Positions 54,100 to 64,000 of a stretch of DNA of 64,000 nucleotides are shown here, one piece after another (the first letter of the stretch is position 1; each line of letters begins with the position of its first letter). Origin of the DNA: the human T2T-CHM13v2.0 reference genome, Homo sapiens; contig CP068257.2 in assembly GCA_009914755.4 (NCBI GenBank), positions 12,512,001 to 12,576,000 of the forward strand, written 5' to 3'. The translations under genes and the position numbers were made by a program. The notes beneath the pieces were generated by a model. That model searched no databases and was not told the DNA's origin. It saw only the letters and a list, made by a program, of their open reading frames with translations.

Positions 54100-55030
54100 T
54101 GCTAGGGCTGCTATAACAAAGTACCGCAAACAGAGTACTTAAGCAATAGCTATTCATTGTCTCATAGTTCTGAAGGCTAGACATCCAAGATAAAGGTGTC
54201 AGCAGCATTGTTTCTTTATGAGAGCTATCAGAAATAATCTGTTTCATGCTTCTGGTGGTTTGATGTCAATCTTTGGTATTTTTCAGCCTGTAGAAGCATT
54301 ACCAAGATCTCCACCTTTATCTTCACATGGTGTTCTTCCTGTGGGTAACCATACTGTAGTTTGAATGTGTCCCTCAAAAGTTCATATGTTGAAATTTTGG
54401 TCCCCAGTGCAGCAGTGTTGAGATGTGGGACCTTTGGGAGGTGATTGGGTCATGAAGGCTATGCCCTCATGTATATTTTAATTCATTAATGGATTATTGG
54501 ATTAATTGGTTATTGAGGAAGTGGGTTTGTTATCACAAGTAGATCTGTTGTAAAAGCCAGTTTGGCCATCTCTCGTGAGCTCCTCCTGCCTGTGATGACT
54601 TCTGCCATGTTATAACATAGTAGAGCTCACCAGAAGCTAACCATAACCACCTTCACCAGAAGCCACCTCATCTTGGACTCTCCAGCCTGAAGAACCATGA
54701 GCCGAAATACATCTCTTTTCTTCATAACAAACAGAGTACCTGTTTGTTATATAATACCAGTTTGTTATAACAAACAGGTATTGTGTTATAACAACAGAAA
54801 ATGGACTAAAACAGTCTGTCTTCAAATTTCCCCTTTTTAATCAGGATACCACTCATATTGTATTAGGCACCCATCCTGTTCCAATATGACCTCATCTTAA
54901 CTAATGATATCTGCAGTGACCCTTTTTCCAAATAAGGTAACATTCTGAGATACTGGGATTTAGGACTTTAACAGCTGAATTTTGGGGAGACATGTCAGCC
55001 CATCACACTTCTGAATTTACATGTGATTCC
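54100..55030 (+). mobile_element. Composite LTR-derived repeat (ERVL-MaLR-like, family tentative). One LTR-type element (54100-54335 and 54790-55030) is interrupted by an insertion of a second LTR-type element (54340-54720; same family as 17316-17690) plus a short hairpin-forming spacer (54720-54790).
   Basis: Outer element: gttagtttgctagggctgctataacaaagtaccgcaaacagagtac…ggtgtcagcag… resumes as …ggataccactcatattgtattaggcacccatcctgttccaatatgacctcatcttaactaatgatatctgcagtgaccctttttccaaataaggtaacattctgagatactgggatttaggactttaacagctgaattttggggagacatgtcagccca. Inner element: gaatgtgtccctcaaaagttcatatgttgaaattttggtcccc…ccagcctgaagaaccatgagccgaaatacatctcttttcttcataa. Confidence 0.45.
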
Positions 55031-55145
55031 TCTATGCAGACAACTTTGCATCCCCTGAGGAAAGATAGTGGTTTTTCTTAAGAGAAAATGACATTTGTAA
55101 TAGGAATTTTAAGATTTTATTACTTCTTCTTTCATCTCCTCAAAG

Positions 55146-55245
55146 GAATGAAGAAATGGTGGTGGGCAGATCTTCCTTTCCCATGCAGTATTTTCCAATT
55201 AATAATACTTCTTTACCTCAAGAATATTTTCTCTTTCAGAAGATG
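55146..55245 (+). CDS. RBM11: RBM11 coding exon 4 (R NEEMVVGRSSFPMQYFPINNTSLPQEYFLFQKM).
   Basis: The acceptor is …catctcctcaaag|gaatgaag and the donor …cagaagatg|gtaagttt. The exon is 100 bp and ends in phase 0. Confidence 0.9.
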
Positions 55246-55546
55246 GTAAGTTTAATATGCATTTTATTCAGTATATAATATGATACAAACTATGAAGAAC
55301 ATAAAGGCTATTTGTAACATATGGTGCCCAAATCTAAACTGGGATGAAGGCACAAGATGTCCCAGCACTGTCCTCCAGTGGTGTCCTGGCCTAACACCAT
55401 CATCCTAAATTTCAGTTCTAATGCCTTAGCAAATGGCCAGGGTGTCAACAGAAAAGGGATGGACGGCAGTGACGACATACTGCAGTCCAAGTGAAATTTG
55501 AGTAGAGAGTTCTAATGTAAATGACTATTTTAAAAGACGTTTGCAG

Positions 55547-55832
55547 TGGCCAGACATGGTGGTTCACACCTATAATCACAGCATTTTGGGAGGCCAGGGC
55601 AGGATCAATTGAGGTCAAGAGGTCGAGACCAGCCTGGCCAACACAGTGAAACCCTCTCCATCATAAAAATAGAAAAAATTAACCGGGCATGGTGGTGCAC
55701 ACCCGTAACCCCAGCTACTCGGGAGGCTGAGGCATGATTGCTTGAACCTAGAAGGTGGAGGTCGCAGTGAGCCAAGATTGTGCTCCAGCCTGGCCAATAG
55801 AGCAAGACTCTGTCTCAAAAGAAAAAAAAAAG
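55547..55832 (+). mobile_element. Alu SINE (AluS-like).
   Basis: ggccagacatggtggttcacacctataatcacagcattttgggaggccagggcagg… to gactctgtctcaaaagaaaaaaaaaag. Confidence 0.85.
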
Positions 55833-57042
55833 ATGTTTGCAGAATTGCATAATTTGAATAATTTCACTTAGTGAAGTATTTTTATATAATGTCATCAATC
55901 CCAAATAGATTGTTTTTGGACATGGATTTTTAAAGTAAATTTCTCCTTTTAATTAAAGACAAAACTATCCTTCTTGAGTATATACTTAGTCCTTCATGCA
56001 CACATCACAGGGGAAGGATATCATAGCAATGAAGATTCTCAATTGGTCGAGTAAACTAAATTATTTCCAGAGACTACCAAAAATTGGTTTTGACCCAGAA
56101 ATCTTAATTATGGACTTCATTGTTAAAGGTGAACTCATTTTTTTTTAATTCCTCATAAATAAGAAATTGAAGTCCAGGGTTGTTAATCTACAGTCCCAAG
56201 ATTTTCAGCTTGTTAGTGACAGGTGTAGGACTAACCCAGGTCTTCTGATTCACAGACTATTATTTTTGCAAATACCCAACGTATATGTGAGCTTTAGATT
56301 TGTTAAATATCCATTTTCAATTTTTAAACAGAAATTTTCCTGTAAATTGATACTTTTTAACTTTTGCTAAAAAAAAACCCTTTTCTTAACTATGGTAAAA
56401 CATTAGTAAACAATCAGTTCTCGTCTGAAACTATAAATGTCTTCATCGAAGCATTTTTTATCTTTTGGTAGAGATGGGGTAGGAGAGAGACACAAGTTCA
56501 TGGTATCTCTATTAATCTTTAATCTTTGAATAGTTAGAAATTTGAGTTAAGAGCTTGTTTGTTTTTAAAGGAAGCATCTCTCTAAACAGTAAATAACTAT
56601 GCTATAAAATATGGGGGCAATTTGCCATATATGCACCTAGGAAGCTGAGTTTTAAAATTTTATTTAATTTTAATTAATTTAAATTAAAATTTAAAACCGA
56701 TACTTGGTTCGGTTTTCAGAAAACTTTTAAGTATATTTGAAACAACTTGGCCATGTGAGTATATTTTTTTCAACTCTAAATTTGATGTAATCTAAATTCA
56801 GATCAGGTATTTTCAATAAAAATTTAGCATTCAGATTGAGATATGCCATGAGTATAAAATACACCTCATATTTTGAAGACTTCACTTGAAGAAAAAGTAA
56901 AATATCTCATTAATTTTATATCATTTACATATTAAAGTTATAACATTTTAAATGGATATATTGGGATAAATAAAATACATTGTTTAATTTCACTGTTTCT
57001 TTCTACTTTTGTATTGCAGTTACTAGATTTAAAACTACATGT

Positions 57043-57350
57043 GGGCTGGGTGCGGTGGCTCACACCTGTAATCCCAGAGCTTTAGGAGGCTGAGGCGGGT
57101 GGGTCACCTGAGGTCAGGAGATCGAGACCAGCCTGACCAATATGGTGAAACGCTGTCTCTACTAAAAATACAAAAATTAGCTGGGTGTGGTGGCGTGTGC
57201 CTGTAGTCCCAGCTTCTTGGGAGGCCGAGACAGGAGAATTGCTTGAACCCAGGAGGCGCAGGTTGCAGTGAGCCAAGATTTGCCCCACTGCACTCCAGCA
57301 TGGGCAACAAAGTGAGACCCTGTCTCAAAAAAAAAAAAAAACAAACAAAA
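57043..57350 (+). mobile_element. Alu SINE (AluS/Y-like) in sense orientation within RBM11 intron 4, about 235 bp upstream of the last exon.
   Basis: gggctgggtgcggtggctcacacctgtaatcccagagctttaggaggctgaggcgggtgggtcacctgaggtcagg… to accctgtctcaaaaaaaaaaaaaaacaaacaaaaac. Confidence 0.9.
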
Positions 57351-57585
57351 ACTATTTCCATTGGATAGCACTAATCTATATTGTAGTGAGCTATACACAG
57401 CCTCAACTCTTTATATTGACCCTTTAATGAAACACCTACCTTTCTACTATGAGAGGTCACTGTCTTTCTTATACCAAAACACAGTTTAGTTTACTCATGG
57501 CTATTGTATAATACATGTAAACTGTTAACTTTTTTTCCTTAACCTTTTGGATTTGTTTTGGTAGATGAATGTCTTGTTTTCACAG

Positions 57586-57999
57586 CAGTGGCATGTGTAT
57601 AATCCAGTGCTGCAGCTTCCTTACTATGAAATGACAGCTCCACTTCCTAATAGTGCATCCGTGTCTTCCTCACTGAATCATGTTCCAGATCTTGAGGCTG
57701 GACCCAGCTCATATAAATGGACTCACCAACAACCAAGTGACTCTGACCTTTATCAGATGACAGCTCCACTTCCTAATAGTGCATCCGTGTCTTCCTCACT
57801 GAATCATGTTCCAGATCTTGAGGCTGGACCCAGCTCATATAAATGGACTCACCAACAACCAAGTGACTCTGACCTTTATCAGATGAATAAACGAAAGAGA
57901 CAAAAGCAAACAAGTGATAGTGATAGTAGCACAGACAACAACAGAGGCAACGAATGTAGCCAAAAGTTCCGAAAGTCTAAGAAGAAGAAAAGATACTAG
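57586..57999 (+). CDS. RBM11: RBM11 last coding exon (QWHVYNPVLQLPYYE [MTAPLPNSASVSSSLNHVPDLEAGPSSYKWTHQQPSDSDLYQ]x2 MNKRKRQKQTSDSDSSTDNNRGNECSQKFRKSKKKKRY*). The stop TAG is at 57997-57999 and a 3'UTR follows.
   Basis: The acceptor is …gtcttgttttcacag|cagtggcat. The ORF-track ORF at 57565-57999 starts at an intronic ATG; the true exon start is 57586. Exons 1-5 sum to 843 nt, giving 281 codons including the duplication. The C-terminus has a basic NLS-like tail. Confidence 0.9.
   Translation, partial: QWHVYNPVLQLPYYEMTAPLPNSASVSSSLNHVPDLEAGPSSYKWTHQQPSDSDLYQMTAPLPNSASVSSSLNHVPDLEAGPSSYKWTHQQPSDSDLYQMNKRKRQKQTSDSDSSTDNNRGNECSQKFRKSKKKKRY
57631..57882 (+). repeat. RBM11: Perfect in-frame tandem duplication of two 126-bp units (57631-57756 and 57757-57882) inside the RBM11 last coding exon. 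It encodes a 42-aa repeat.
   Basis: Both units read atgacagctccacttcctaatagtgcatccgtgtcttcctcactgaatcatgttccagatcttgaggctggacccagctcatataaatggactcaccaacaaccaagtgactctgacctttatcag and appear identical base for base. Confidence 0.9.
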
Positions 58000-59195
58000 T
58001 ATTACCTACAAATGAAACTTACCTACACTGATCTTAGTTCTCTTATGAAAAAAATAAGATGTTATCCCATCAAATAAACAATGTCATGGCTATCTTGTCT
58101 TTTGAAATATGTAGTAATAAGACTTATCTCTGGTTTGCTGTTCAATTTTCACCTTGAACGACAAAAGCTTTCTAAAAATAGTATAATGTACCACTTTTTG
58201 TATTTGTCATGATATTTTTGACCCATTGGCAATAAATAGACTATTGTCATTTTATTAGTACCAATGATGAAATTTCACCAAACTATTAATCAAAAGTCAC
58301 TTATTGAACACATTGATAAAGCATCATGTTCCCTTTGATTATCCCCTGTAACCAACACTCAACTACAAATAGGCTGGGATTCAATGTGGAGTGGTGGATT
58401 TCCTGAAAGAAAGTAGTGCAGATATTTAAGGATTGCATATTGTTCCTAATGAGGATGTAATAAACAGGCATTAGTACCCCTTTCTTTTAGTACCTAAATA
58501 TGTTGTTTCTGAGCCATATTCTTCTTCAGGTTTATTTTATAAAGTGAGGACATATGATAATGATACCAAAGGAAAGATAATTATCATGAAACCAACTTTT
58601 GGATCATTCCCTTTTTATACAATTGTGTATTTATAGGGATACCTTCCTCTTCTCACATATTAATTGTATGTCATTAAAATCAGTTGGCTATGTCAGTGTG
58701 TATTATTCACCTCTTTTGCTAGCAAGGTTTGAGATGCTATATTAACATTTAAATCATGAAAATGAGCAAGTAAATAGAATAATATTTTATTAATGTATGA
58801 TGTGTAATACTTATTGTCTAAATCAAGTTTCCTATTTTTGGTTTATTTATTTTAGAAGAAAAATAAAATTATTTGGGCATTTTTGTTTATAGCTCATTAC
58901 AAACTAGAGTGATGAATATATATATTTACTAAAGCTAATTGAAAGAGTCATGCAACTCAGTTGGGAATTAACCACTCAATTCAATAGTAAAAGCCATGCT
59001 TGGATGTTTCTTTTGCATGTTGCCTAGCATTTTATAGATATTTATTATTTAAAAAAATAAAGATATGTTTTTAATGAAGAGAGTAACTGAATTTTAATCT
59101 TGGTTACAAATATATAATATAGTGAAGTTTGAAACATAAATATTAGTTTATTTCTATCTAATCAAAATGAAAAACTAAATTTTGCTTTATGTAGC

Positions 59196-61588
59196 TGATA
59201 TGGTTTGGGTCTGTGTCCACACCCAAATCTGACCTTGAGTTGTAATCCCCATTATTCCCACATGTCAAGGGCAGGACCAGGTAGAGGTAATTGGATCATG
59301 GGGGCAGTTTCCCCCATGCTGTTCTTGCGATAATGAGTGAGTCTCATGAGATCTCATGGTTTCATAAGCATCTGGCATTTCCCCTGCTGGCACTCACTTC
59401 ATCCTGCTGCCTTGTGAAGAAGGTGCCTGCTTCTCCTTTGCCTTCTACCATGATTATATGTTTCCTGAAGGCCTCCCCAGCAGTGCAGAATTGTGAGTCA
59501 ATTAAACCTATTTCCTTTATTAATTACCCAGTATCAGGTATTTATTCGTACCAAATACAGTTATTTGGTACCAGGAGTGGGACACTGCTATAAGGTTCCC
59601 AGAAAATGGGGAAGAGACTTTGGAACTGGGTAACAGGCAGAGGTTGAAACAGTTTGAAAGGCTCAGAAGAAGACAGGAAAATGTGGGAAAGTTTGGAACT
59701 CCTTAGAGACTTGGAGGGCTCAGGAGACAGGAAGATGTGGGAAGGTTTGGAGCTTCATAGAGACTTGTGGCATAGCTTTGATCACAATGCTGATAGTGAT
59801 ATGGACAATGAAGTGCAGGCTGAGGTGGTCTCAGGTGGAGATGAGGAAGTTGTTGGAAACTGGAGTAAAGGTCACTCTTGTTGTGCTGTAGCAAAGAGAC
59901 TGGTGACGTTTTGTCCATGTCCTCTATAGATAGAGATCTGTGGAATTTTGAACTTGAGAGAGATGATTTATAGTATCTGGTGGAAGAAATTTCTAAGCAG
60001 TAAAGCATTCTACGATGTGACTTGGGTGCTCTTAAAAGCATTCAGTTTTATGCATTCACAAAGATATGGTTTGGAATTGTTTAAAAGGGAAGCAGAGCAT
60101 AACAGTTTGGAACATTTGCAGCCTGAGGATGAGACAGAAAAGAAAAACCCATTTCTGAAGAGAAATTCAAGTCAACTGCACAAATTTGCATAAGTAATGA
60201 GCCAAATGTTAATCACCATGACAATGGGAAAATGTCTGCAAGGATGTCAGAGGTCTTTATGGCAGCCCCTCCCATCAAAGGCCCAGAGGCCTAGGAGGAA
60301 AAAAATGGTTTCATGGGCCAGGTCCAGGGCCTTGCTGCTTTGTGCAGTCTCAGGACTTGGTGCCCTGCATTCCAGCTGTGGTTAAAAGGGACAAACATAC
60401 AGCTCAGGCCATTGCTTCAGAGGCTGCAAGACCCAAGGCCTGGCAGCTTCCATGTGTTGTTGAGCGTGTGGGTGCACAGAAGTCAAGAATTGAGGTGTGG
60501 GGACCTCCTCCTAGATTTCAGAGGATGTATGGAAACACCTGGATGTCCAGGCAGAAGTTTACTGCAGGGGCAGAGCCCTCATGGAGAATCTCTGCTAGGG
60601 CACTGCAGAAGGGAAATGTGGGGTTGGAGCCCCACAAAAGTCTTCACTGGGACCTTGCCTAGTGGAACTATGGAAGAGGGCTACTGTCCTTCAAACCCCA
60701 GAATGGTAGGTCCACCGACAGCTTGCACCATGCACCTGAAAAGCTGCAGACACTCAACACCAGCCTGTGAAAGCAGCCAGGAGGGGGGCTGTATCCTGAA
60801 AAGCCACAGGGGCAGAGCTGCCCAAGGCCATGGGAGTCTTGCATCAGCATGACTTGGATGTGAGACTTGGAGTCAAAGGAGATCATTTTGGAACTTTAAG
60901 GTTTAATGACTGCCCCTATTGGATTTCAGACCTGCATGGGTCCTGTAGCCTCTTTATTTTGGCCAATTTCTCTCGTTTGGAATGGGCATATTTACCCAAT
61001 GCCTGTATCCTCATTGTATCTAGGAAGTAACTAAGTTGCTTTTGATTTTACAGGCTCATAGGTGAAAGGGTCTTGCTTTGTCTCAGATGAGACTTTGGAC
61101 TTGGACTTTGGGTTAATGCTGGAATGAGTTAAGACTTTGGGGGACTGTTGGAAGGGCATGGTTGTGTTCTGAAATGTGAGGATGTGAAATTTGGGAGGTC
61201 CAAGGGCGGAATGACATGGTCTGGGTCTGTGTCCCCATCCAAATCTCACCTTGAATTGTAATCCCCATTATCCCCACATATCAAGGGCAGGACCAGGTGG
61301 AGGTAATTGGATCATGGGGATGGTTTCCCCCATGCTGTTCTCATGATAATGAGTGAGTCTCAGAAGATCTGATGGTGTTTTAAGCGTCTGGCATTTCCCT
61401 GCTGGTATTCACTTCATCCTGCTGCCTTGTGAAGAAGGTGCCTGCTGCTTCTTTGCCTTCCACCATGATCATAAGTTTCCTGAGGCCTCCCCAGCAGGGC
61501 AGAACTGTGAGTCAATTAAACCTCTTTCTTTTATAAATTACCCAGTCTCAGGCATTTCTTCATAGCAGCATAAGAACAGACTAATACA
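59196..61588 (+). mobile_element. Full-length THE1/MST-like MaLR (ERVL-MaLR) retroelement. It comprises a 5' LTR (59196-59559, 3'-degraded), a non-coding internal region (59560-61211) and a 3' LTR (61212-61588), flanked by a 5-bp TSD GTAGC (59191-59195 and 61589-61593).
   Basis: Both LTRs start tga(t/c)atggt(t/c)tgggtctgtgtcc(a/c)c(a/t)cccaaatct(g/c)accttga(g/a)ttgtaatccccatta…ggtaattggatcatgggg…cctccccagcag…aattgtgagtcaattaaacct…ttacccagt. The 3' LTR ends …gactaataca, as the THE1 consensus does. Identical pentamers flank the element. ORFs in the internal part (59654-59929, 60313-60852) are chance ORFs. Confidence 0.75.
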
Positions 61589-64000
61589 GTAGCTTTATCT
61601 ATAATTCATGTTTTTGAAAATTTAAACTGGAAAATACAAGATTTTTTTCTTTTAAAATTCACATTTTTGCAACTTGGAATCATGCCAAAGGGAAAAATAT
61701 GTTTCTGAGTAATTAGAAAATAATAGATCTTTAAACAACTTATTAACTTCCACTCAGCCTTTCCTTTAGTTCTGAAGTTTACCTTAGCCCTAAATTATTT
61801 CATTGTGATTGGCATTTTAGGAAATATGTATTAAGGAATGTCTCTTAGCAGATAAGGATAACATATGTCTAAGAAAATTATATTGAAATATTATTACATG
61901 AACTAAAATGTTAGAACTGAAAAAAAATTATTGTAACTCCTTCCAGCATAGGCAGGAGTATCTAGATATCAACTTTAACAACTCAACTTTAACAACTTCG
62001 AACCAACCAGATGGCTAGGAGATTCACCTATTTAGCATGATATCTTTTATTGATAAAAAAAATATAAAACTTCCATTAAATTTTTAAACTATTACAATCC
62101 TATTAAATTTTAACTTACCAGTGTTCTCAATGCTACATAATTTAAAATCATTGAAATCTTCTGATTTTAATTCCTCAGTCTTGAAATCTACTTATTTTTA
62201 GTTACATATATATCCAATCTACTGCCGCTAGTAGAAGAAGCTTGGAATTTGAGAAAAAAATCAGACGTTTTGTATATTCTCATATTCACTAATTTATTTT
62301 TTAAATGAGTTTCTGCAATGCATCAAGCAGTGGCAAAACAGGAGAAAAATTAAAATTGGTCGAAAAGATATGTGTGCCAAACAATCCCTTGAAATTTGAT
62401 GAAGTGACTAATCCTGAGTTATTGTTTCAAATGTGTACCTGTTTATACAACGGTATCACCTTTGAAATCTCAACATTAAATGAAATTTTATAAGCAATTT
62501 GTTGTAACATGATTATTATAAAATTCTGATATAACATTTGTTATTACCTGTTTAGAGTTTAAAGAGAGAAAAGGAGTTAAGAATTATTACATTTTCATTA
62601 GCATTGTTCAGGTGCAAAAACTTCTAACACTATCTTCAAATCTTTTTCTCCATTGCCTTCTGAACATACCCACTTGGGTATCTCATTAGCACTGCAAATT
62701 CAACATTTTCGATTGCTAATTTTTCTCCCTAAATATTTATTTGTTTTCTCAGCTTTAGCCAATGTTTCACTATTGACCATTTGCTCAAGTATAGTGACGT
62801 TGCTTCAATGACCTTCAGAGAGCTGTTTCAGTCCTTCCTGGACTACTTGCATGCTTCCAACAAAATGAAGCACTCTTGATGTCAGTCACTCAAATAAATG
62901 GAAATGGGCCCATTTACTAGGAATGTTAACAGAATAAAAAGATAGACGTGACACCAGTTGCTTCAGTCCATCTCCATTTACTTGCTTAAGGCCTGACCAT
63001 ATTTCTCACAGTTGATATGGTGCAGGGCACATGTTTAAATGGCTGTTCTTGTAGGATGGTTTGACTGTTGGATTCCTCATCTTCCCTCTCCTTAGGAAGG
63101 AAGGTTACAGTAGTACTGTTGGCTCCTGGAATATAGATTCATAAAGAACTAATGGAGTTTCATCTCCCACTGCTCTTGTGTGTGGTCAAAGTTCAGATCC
63201 TTTACAGTTTCCACATTCTACCTCTATTTCTACTCATCCTAGTAAAGCCAGTTACTTCAGAAATTAGTCTGTCTCTCATTAATTTACTCCTCATTAAGAA
63301 AAGTCAACTAATAGCCTGGGCTTGATTTTGGGGAAAATGAGCACTAATATATAAATCTCTGGAAATCTTATTTTACTTTACAAAATTCAAAAAGCTTTTT
63401 TTTTTTTTTTTTTAACAAAGGATACTATTTGCTTCCACACCTCAAGCCCAGGTGAGTTCAGTGAGTACAGTTTCTCCAATTTGCCCTGAGATTTGCTGAG
63501 GTACTTGGTGAAGATTTTATTTTGCCTAGTCAAAATGAGTTCTAAAAAGTCACAAAATGCCCCAGCTGTGGGCTAAGTTTATTTATTCACATCAATCATT
63601 CCCAACCCACAAAAATTACCTCATGTATATGCAGAACCTGCCATAGCAAGTAAAGACAAGCAATCTATTATCTGGTTCCAGGTGAAATTTTCTTTTGCGC
63701 TTCTAATACCAACTTCGCACCAGCAGGTTATATAAGGATTGACGAAAACACATATATACTTATATTGTAATTAGATAACATAACCAGTATATAAAGATGC
63801 AAACTAATGTACTCTCTGTGTTAAAAACTTGGAATGATTGATCCCAACAAGCCTTTATAACAAGTTTTACTGCAAGGAATCTGAATCTAACAATAGTTGG
63901 CTCAATTACTTTACCTTGTTTGGGAAACATAATCAAAACATTCTCTAAATGATAGTGTTGATCAGTCCAACACACTATATGAATCCTAATAATGTTTTTG

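Noticed and set aside
57565-57585. ATG at 57565 as the start of the RBM11 terminal ORF.
   Set aside because: It is intronic; the acceptor cacag| is at 57585. The true CDS enters in frame from exon 4.
59654-60886. ORFs of 62-179 aa, such as 60313-60852.
   Set aside because: They lie inside the non-coding internal region of the THE1/MST-like MaLR element. They are GC-moderate chance ORFs with no recognisable domains.

Overview
This window is primate nuclear DNA, most likely human chromosome 21q11.2, not a prokaryotic locus. It contains two head-to-head protein-coding genes. The 5' end of LIPI (lipase member I, a pancreatic-lipase-family PA-PLA1) lies on the minus strand, with its ATG at 41553 and exons 1-4 located at 41508-41553, 19741-20126, 16668-16776 and 12465-12566; later exons were not found and presumably lie beyond position 1. 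All five coding exons of RBM11 lie on the plus strand (ATG 46895, stop 57997-57999), behind a roughly 0.6 kb CpG-island promoter at 46690-47320. The rest is an AT-rich, CpG-depleted retroelement landscape. It includes several 5'-truncated L1PA-type LINE-1 copies, one nested inside an older L1 and one with a 3' transduction and 18-bp target-site duplications. About 13 Alu SINEs are present, one of them a chimeric right-arm/left-arm recombinant. There is an ERVK-class solo LTR with a 6-bp TSD, a full-length THE1/MST-like MaLR element with a 5-bp TSD, mariner-derived MITE fragments, and (CA)n and (TTCC)n microsatellites. The RBM11 last coding exon contains a perfect in-frame 126-bp tandem duplication. 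I found no CRISPR array, operon or rRNA/tRNA gene. Most long ORFs in the six-frame track are L1 ORF2 remnants or chance ORFs inside Alu, LTR or CpG-island sequence. Family names and sequence matches are from recall, not database search.
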